The notes under the pieces were generated by a model that worked only from the letters and a program-made list of their open reading frames with translations, ran no database searches and was not told the DNA's origin. The translations under genes and the position numbers were made by a program. Positions 57,013 through 64,000 of a stretch of DNA of 64,000 nt are shown in pieces (the stretch's first letter is position 1; each line of letters starts with the position of its first letter). The DNA comes from Octopus sinensis (Eukaryota), in the NCBI RefSeq assembly GCF_006345805.1, contig NC_043000.1, forward strand, positions 31,992,001 to 32,056,000, written 5' to 3'.

Positions 57013-58109
57013 TTGTATGTATGTATGTATGTATGTATGTATGTATGTATGTATGTATGTATGTATGTATGTATGTATGTATGTATGCATGTATGTATGC
57101 ATGCATGCATGTATGTATGTATGTATGTATGTATGTATGTATGTATGTATGTATGTATGTATGTATGTATGTATGTATGCATGCATGTCTGTATGCATGC
57201 GTGTGTAAATCAGGAATATCTTTTCATTCAAGTATGGCATCAATTTTCTTTCTTAATTAGATATTTTCAATACTTCCTTATCCATGTCGACTGACTTCTC
57301 AAGACCTTTTCGGCCATTTCGGCCACACCTTTTGAATGGAGTGGAGACACTTCATTATTCATCTGTGTGGGCGACGGAAAGGTTACCTCAAATGTTACAG
57401 ACGAAGAATGTCAGTCTATTTTAACTCTCAGTTGTTTCCTGTCCCGCCCAACGGAGATTAAGACGTAGTTTCACTTTGTTACAATTTGCATTAATTACTG
57501 AAAAGGAAAGCCATGAACGCCACAACATCTCATTTTACCTCTTCTCTAAAACGCAACGCTTTATGTCTTGTCATAAGAAACTAACATATCAAAAGCATGT
57601 CCACGGTATACAAAACTACACACCCATACCTGCGCACACATACACACATATAATATACACATACGCACACATACGAACGCATATAAATGTGTGTTTGTGT
57701 AGATGTATGTATAAAATATACGATTCGGTCCTATAGTATTGTATTACATACAAAAACATGTCAGAACTTCTGCACACGCTTAGAAGCTATATTTTAAGTA
57801 GAAAATATTAATATTTTCTCTCAGCTTCTATTCCATAGAAAAACATTTAATGACAACGGAAAGCGTGTAACGTATTTATCTGCTTTGATTTGTGTCGTGT
57901 GAAATAAAGGCGAATTGTGACCCACACTGTGTTGAAATCTCTTGAAATCAGATCCCGAAATATAATTGATGCACGCCAGACAGACATGTCTTCCTTATCC
58001 TCTTCCTCCCGTCGTGAAGCCCATCATCCCATCTCAGAACATTTGTATTCTCCCTCGCCATGTTCTTCTTCATTGTGTCACACAGGCTTAGGCACGCACA
58101 CGCGTACGT

Positions 58110-58484
58110 ACGTACATACATACATTCATACATTCATGCATACATACATACATGCATACATACATTCATACATACATACATACATACTTACATGCATGCA
58201 TAAATACATACATACTTACATGCATGCATACATACATACATACATACATACATACATACATACATACATACTGACATGCATGCATACATACATACATACA
58301 TACATACATACATACATACATACATACAGCCATTCATACATACATACATACATACATGCATGCATGCATACATACACTCATACATACATACATACATACA
58401 TACATACAGCCATTCATACATACATACATACTTACATGCATGCATACATACATACATACATACAGCCATTCATACATACATACA

Positions 58485-58518
<34 letters not shown>

Positions 58519-58817
58519 CAGTCATTCATACATACATACATACATACATACATACATACATACATACATACATACATACAACATACATACATACTGACAT
58601 GCATGCATACATACATCATACATACATACATACATACACATACATACATACAGCCATTCATACATCATACATACATACATGCATGCATGCATACATACAT
58701 ACATACACATACATACATACATACATACATACATACAGCATTCATACATACATAATACTTACATGCATGCATACATACATACAATACATACATACATACA
58801 GCCATTCATACATACAT

Positions 58818-58850
<33 letters not shown>

Positions 58851-58965
58851 CAGTCATTCATACATACAATAACATACATACATACATACATACATACATA
58901 CACCTACATACATACATACATACATACTTACATACATACAGTCATTCATACATACATACATACAT
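58110..58965. repeat. ~850 bp compound (CATA)n array with recurring variant units
   Basis: Recurring cagccattcata and cttacatgcatgcata/ctgacatgcatgcata interruptions. Confidence 0.95.
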
Positions 58966-59804
58966 GGGTACGCAACTACGATATATTTTCATTTAGGCGC
59001 CACGACGACACCGAACTATCTAGTACCCGGATGTGATTTTACTATCAATTTTAGATTGATTGAACGGAAGTGGCCGATCTTTTTTCTTGGACGAACTCTC
59101 GAGAACTCACGTTGTAATCACACTTGTCAAATTAATCAGAGACGTTAAATCTTTTACCAATAAAAGCCACGTTTGGTCTCCTTCATCTTTCGCTTTGGCT
59201 TTTATGGTCGTCACACATTCCATTTAAATGGTTCTCCTCCATAATTCTCTTGGATACACATCGCTTTGGAGTTCCGATTGCAACTCAAAACACCTTCCCT
59301 CCCAACAACCTCTGCTTCATTATTTTGTTTATAGCTTGTCGGTGTATGCATGTGTATGTATGTATGTATGTATGTATGTATGTATGTATGTATTATGTAT
59401 GTATGTATGTATGAATGCATGTGTATGTATGTGTGTATGTATGTATGTATGTTGTATGTATGTATGATGTATGTATGTATGTATGTATGTATTATGTATG
59501 TATGTATGTATTATGTATGTATGTATGTATGTATGTATGTATGTATGTATGTATGTATGTATGTATGTATGTATGTATGTATGTATGTATGTATGTATGT
59601 ATGTGCGTGTGTATGTATGTATTTATATATATAGCTAGCTTTAGGCCTATTTCTTTATTTCACATACTGCTATACTCTCTACTTGTTCTTCCACCTCTCT
59701 CTGTCTCTCTCTACACACACACACACGTATATACATACACACATACATACATATATACATATATATGTATATACACACATACATACACACACACACACAC
59801 ACAC

Positions 59805-59836
<32 letters not shown>

Positions 59837-59870
59837 ATATATATATATATATATAATATATATATATAAT

Positions 59871-59902
<32 letters not shown>

Positions 59903-60306
59903 CATGCATATATATATATAGTGGCTAATATGCACGTATACATGCAAATAGAGTTAACGGGTTAGATCGACAGAAAGTCTGTATAGAAAACAGCAGCTCA
60001 AAAGATTTGAACTTACACTCCGAAATCTTTACCGAGGACCACATCCGTGGAGGTAAAGAGTAACCACAAGGGGAATCCAGATGAACTGATATGGGGACAT
60101 TGATGCAAATAAATAGCTAAAACTCCCTGGGTTTGATGTACAGAATATATACACATGTATGCAAATGTTAATCATCTGGAAATTTTCTAGTCTTTAACTG
60201 TTCCTTATTTACATATATTCACGTGTATATATTCTGTAGAGCAAGCCCAAAGGAGTTTTATTTGTTTATTTGAAACATCGTCCATATATATATATTTATA
60301 CATATA

Positions 60307-60703
60307 CTAGCAGTATCACCCGGCGTTGCTCGGGTTTGTAAGGGAAATAACTATATAAGCATTTATAGAGAGCTACTTCCCTTATATAAACCAAGCGAAA
60401 ATGCATTAAAGATGCGGAAAAATTATGGTAATTTTTTTTTTTAATCGTAGACTCATCGTAGACGCGAGTTACTTCCCTTAAATAATAGCAAAAAAAATGT
60501 ATTAAAAATGGGAAAAAAATGATGGTAATTTTTTTTTTTAATCGTAGACTCATCGTAGACGCGCGCTAATACCCAGAAGGGCTCGATATGAATCACGACT
60601 ATAAGATACCCGGTTTTGGTTAAACTGCACCGCAAAATGTAGGAGTAGTTAGGAATCTAAATCGTAGGAGACAGACACCCAACTTCACTTTTATACATAA
60701 AGA
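60307..60703 (-). mobile_element. Non-autonomous Helitron
   Basis: Minus strand begins A|TCTTTATGTATAAAAG and ends with the hairpin cccgagcaacgccggg, then CTAG|T. Internal ~96 bp tandem duplication. Confidence 0.8.
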
Positions 60704-60818
60704 TATCACCGTGACCGACCAGGCTATCAGATGTTGCTACACATCGCTGGTCACAATGCGCTTCGCATTGTTTTAGCCTTCAAATGACGCCACCCCGCTG
60801 ACTAAGCGAGCAGGCCTC

Positions 60819-60852
<34 letters not shown>

Positions 60853-60879
60853 CGTGTGTGTGTGTGTGTGTGTGTATTA

Positions 60880-61229
60880 GACAAAAAGGGATAACAAAGC
60901 CAAGGCTGTGAGGAGTTTCCAGGACAGTTATAAGAAGATGGATATAGATATAGTCTTACAGCAGTTTCTACAATATCTTTATATATTCTATATTTTTCTT
61001 TCTACTTTCATTTTCTTATTTCCTTCTATATTCCTTATCTCCTCCTTTTCCATAATAATTCCTTATTTCGAACTCAAATATTTACCTCTATTTAATCATC
61101 TCACATCGTCTCTGATGAAGGGGTATCCACAATATCACAGAAACAGCTGTAAGACTGTATCTATATCTTTTCCCTTATAAATGTCCTGAAAACTCCTTAC
61201 AGACTTGGCTTTGTTATCTCATTTTGTCT
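60880..61229. repeat. Fold-back inverted repeat (60880-60968 / 61140-61229) with hammerhead
   Basis: agacaaaa.gggataacaaagccaag.ctgt.aggagttt...gtcttacagc.gtttc versus gaaacagctgtaagac...aaactccttacagacttggctttgttatc. Confidence 0.85.
61108..61155 (+). ncRNA. Type I hammerhead ribozyme motif
   Basis: gtct-CTGATGA-aggggtat...atatcaca-GAAA-cagctg-TA-agac. Confidence 0.8.
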
Positions 61230-61248
61230 TTTATATATATATATATAT

Positions 61249-61310
61249 GTCATTGTTTTTATTTCAAGATTTCTTTCAATAGAGAAAGAGCCGGTTTCTA
61301 ACCTAGATCC
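61249..61310 (-). mobile_element. 60-bp extreme 3' end of the (CATA)n-associated R4-like family
   Basis: cattgttt..atttcaagatttct...aatagagaaagagccggtttctaac.tagat matches 56546-56607. Followed by (TATG)n. Confidence 0.75.
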
Positions 61311-61435
61311 TATTTATGTATGTATGTATGTATATGTGTATATGTATACGTATGTATATAAATTATAGGTTTGATGATGCAAACAGGAAATCAGAACTAA
61401 TAACATGAGTATATATATATATATGTACATATATC

Positions 61436-61472
<37 letters not shown>

Positions 61473-61667
61473 GTACGTATGTATATACAAACTTTATTAA
61501 TAATCGGCAAAAGTTACAGAGTGACTCAAGGACCAAGAGTTTCGTGCGCTGCCACTTATCAAGCATTTGACTTTTATTGACCAGCGTCAACGTACGAAAC
61601 TATCGTCCCTTGAGTCAATCTGTAACTTCTACCAATTATTATTAATATCAAATTTCTATCAATTACA

Positions 61668-61780
<113 letters not shown>

Positions 61781-62199
61781 GTATATAGCACATATATGCA
61801 TACGCATACATACATATACATACACACACACATGCACACACACACAGACACACACACACACACACACATATACACATTGATTTTGTTTCCGCTTATGTAA
61901 ATAGAATAAGTATATATTTATTCACGTCTAGGTTCCAAGTTACATGTTTGGTATGATATGTACGGTAAACAATATCGAGAATGCAAAAACAAAAGCAAAA
62001 ATTTAAAATATGGTGCAAAAAAAATAGATGTGAAACTACGATAGGAGAAAATTAAAAATATAAATATGCTTAAAAATATTGATGGAAAATCTATCAATAG
62101 TTTTAAGAAATAATGAACAAAGAATATATGAAATATAAACATGCATACATACATACTACATACCACATACGTACGCACACATATATAGATATATAATAC

Positions 62200-62427
62200 T
62201 TTATTGGCCACAAGGAGCTAAACTTTGAGGGGACAAACAAGGACAGACAAAGGGATTAAGTCGATTACATCGACCCCAGTGCGAAACTTGTACTTTATTT
62301 ATCGACACCGAAAGGATGAAAAGCAAAGTCGACCTCGGCGGAATTTGAACTCAGAACGTAACGACAGACGAGATACCGCTAAGCATTTCGCCCAGCGCGC
62401 TAATGTGTCTGCCAGCTCGCCACCTTA
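62200..62427 (-). mobile_element. tRNA-derived SINE, near-complete copy
   Basis: Minus strand starts aaggtggcgagctggcaga...gagttcaaattccgccgaggtcgactttgc. Confidence 0.85.
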
Positions 62428-62454
62428 ACATGTATATATGTATGTGTGTGCGTG

Positions 62455-62499
<45 letters not shown>

Positions 62500-62600
62500 T
62501 GTGTGTGTGTGTGTATGTATGTATGTATTAGATATATATATATATATGCACACACATATATATATACATATATATACATATTACACACATATACTTACAC

Positions 62601-62680
<80 letters not shown>

Positions 62681-64000
62681 CAAAAATAAACATGGCGATT
62701 GTCAGTGTGGGGAAGACAGGGAGAAAGAATAATTGCAAATAAAATAAAAACAAAAAAGGATGGCACTAAGTAAGGTAGAAGTTTCGCCACAAATGTTAGC
62801 AGAAACATCCAAAGGCAACCAACTAGCTCTGCTAAAATATGTTATAGAAGAGAAGGTATTTCGTTTGCTCTTTGCTTTTTTTTTAAATAATATTTGCTCT
62901 TCTATGAAAATACGTATTTCTAAATCATTCGACTGTGTAATAAGTTTTTATGTTGAATAAACAAAATTTAGAAGAATACCAAACAATCGCTAATTAAGTT
63001 TGGCGAAGGCTACACTTCATACGAAAATCAATTTTTAATTATTTTAGGTGTGGATAAACAAATGAGAGTTCCTTGCACAGTTTTGTGTATTAAAGGTGAA
63101 ACTTCTTTGCATCTCGTTGAAGCTTCATATAGAATCGACGTGGAAAATATTGTTAGGCGTTACCCACGTTACAAAAACACTACATCCTGAAAAACTAGCC
63201 TTAACGTAATATTCTGGAACGCGAATCTTATATTTCATTGATTTCTATATAATACAATGGCAAAATATGCCCGGGTTACGGTATTTCACGATACAACAAA
63301 ATTTTCGTGAATGCAGCTCTTCTGTAACGCGAGGGATGTCTGTATTTGTTTAAGTTGTATTAGTGAGCTAACTTCTGGTAGAGTCGACCTCGGTACTCAG
63401 CAGCCGTTAACGAAAAGTTTTACATCGTTAGTAATACTCTGGATAAATAAAACAATGAATGGCACTCTAAATAGTCAGCTGACTCGCTAGAAATAACAGT
63501 TAATTCACTCTAAAATTCAACACTAGCATCTTTAAAAGGAAGTAAGTTACAAAAAGCAATTCTAAATATTTCTAAAATAACGGAAGGGCCATAACGAAAA
63601 TACATTGGGATAATAATTCTCTCGAACAGGAATGGAGTGAGCTTAAACAACAATAATTTGTTTGAAAATGTTTTGATGTATAATTGAAGACAGAGAAGTC
63701 CTATACCTCACTAAATATATAAAAAAACACAATAACGTAAGTTAATGTTCTATGAGTAGGGAATATTTTTCAGAAATAGCCTCACTAAAACATCAGAACT
63801 CAATTTCTTCTCAGTTCATCTGGATTCCCCTCGTGGCTTCTCTTTACCCCACGGATGTGGTCCTCGGTAAAGATTTCCGTGTGTAAGTTCAAATCTTTTG
63901 AGCTACTCTTTTCTATACAGACTTTCTGTCGATCTTACCTATTAACTCTATTTGCATGTATATGTGCATATTAGCCAGTATATATATGTATGTATGTATA

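Overview
This window is AT-rich, microsatellite-dense eukaryotic DNA with no convincing host protein-coding exon. The repeat landscape most resembles an octopus/coleoid cephalopod intron or intergenic region (inference). Recognisable mobile DNA: (1) a decayed near-full-length CR1-like LINE (minus strand, ~21.4-25.1 kb) nested in an R4/Dong-like fragment; (2) about a dozen 5'-truncated R4/Dong-like restriction-like-endonuclease (RLE) retrotransposon ends sitting in (TAA)n, (CAA)n or (CATA)n microsatellites; (3) a decayed Penelope-like element (PLE; RT + GIY-YIG, ~33-37 kb); (4) a complete decayed mariner with TIRs (39.8-41.1 kb); (5) a Gypsy gag-protease remnant (49.2-50.6 kb); (6) a small Helitron; (7) many tRNA-derived SINEs. 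The most striking signal is about 15 type I hammerhead ribozyme (HHR) motifs on both strands (CUGANGA...GAAA-palindrome-UH, mostly closed by stem I), belonging to several unrelated sequence families. Many lie in or between fold-back inverted repeats and end at microsatellites, and one terminates the Penelope ORF. This suggests a diverse population of non-autonomous, ribozyme-bearing PLE/retrozyme-like elements. Most ORFs in the track are microsatellite artefacts. All motifs were read by eye, so coordinates may be off by a few bases.
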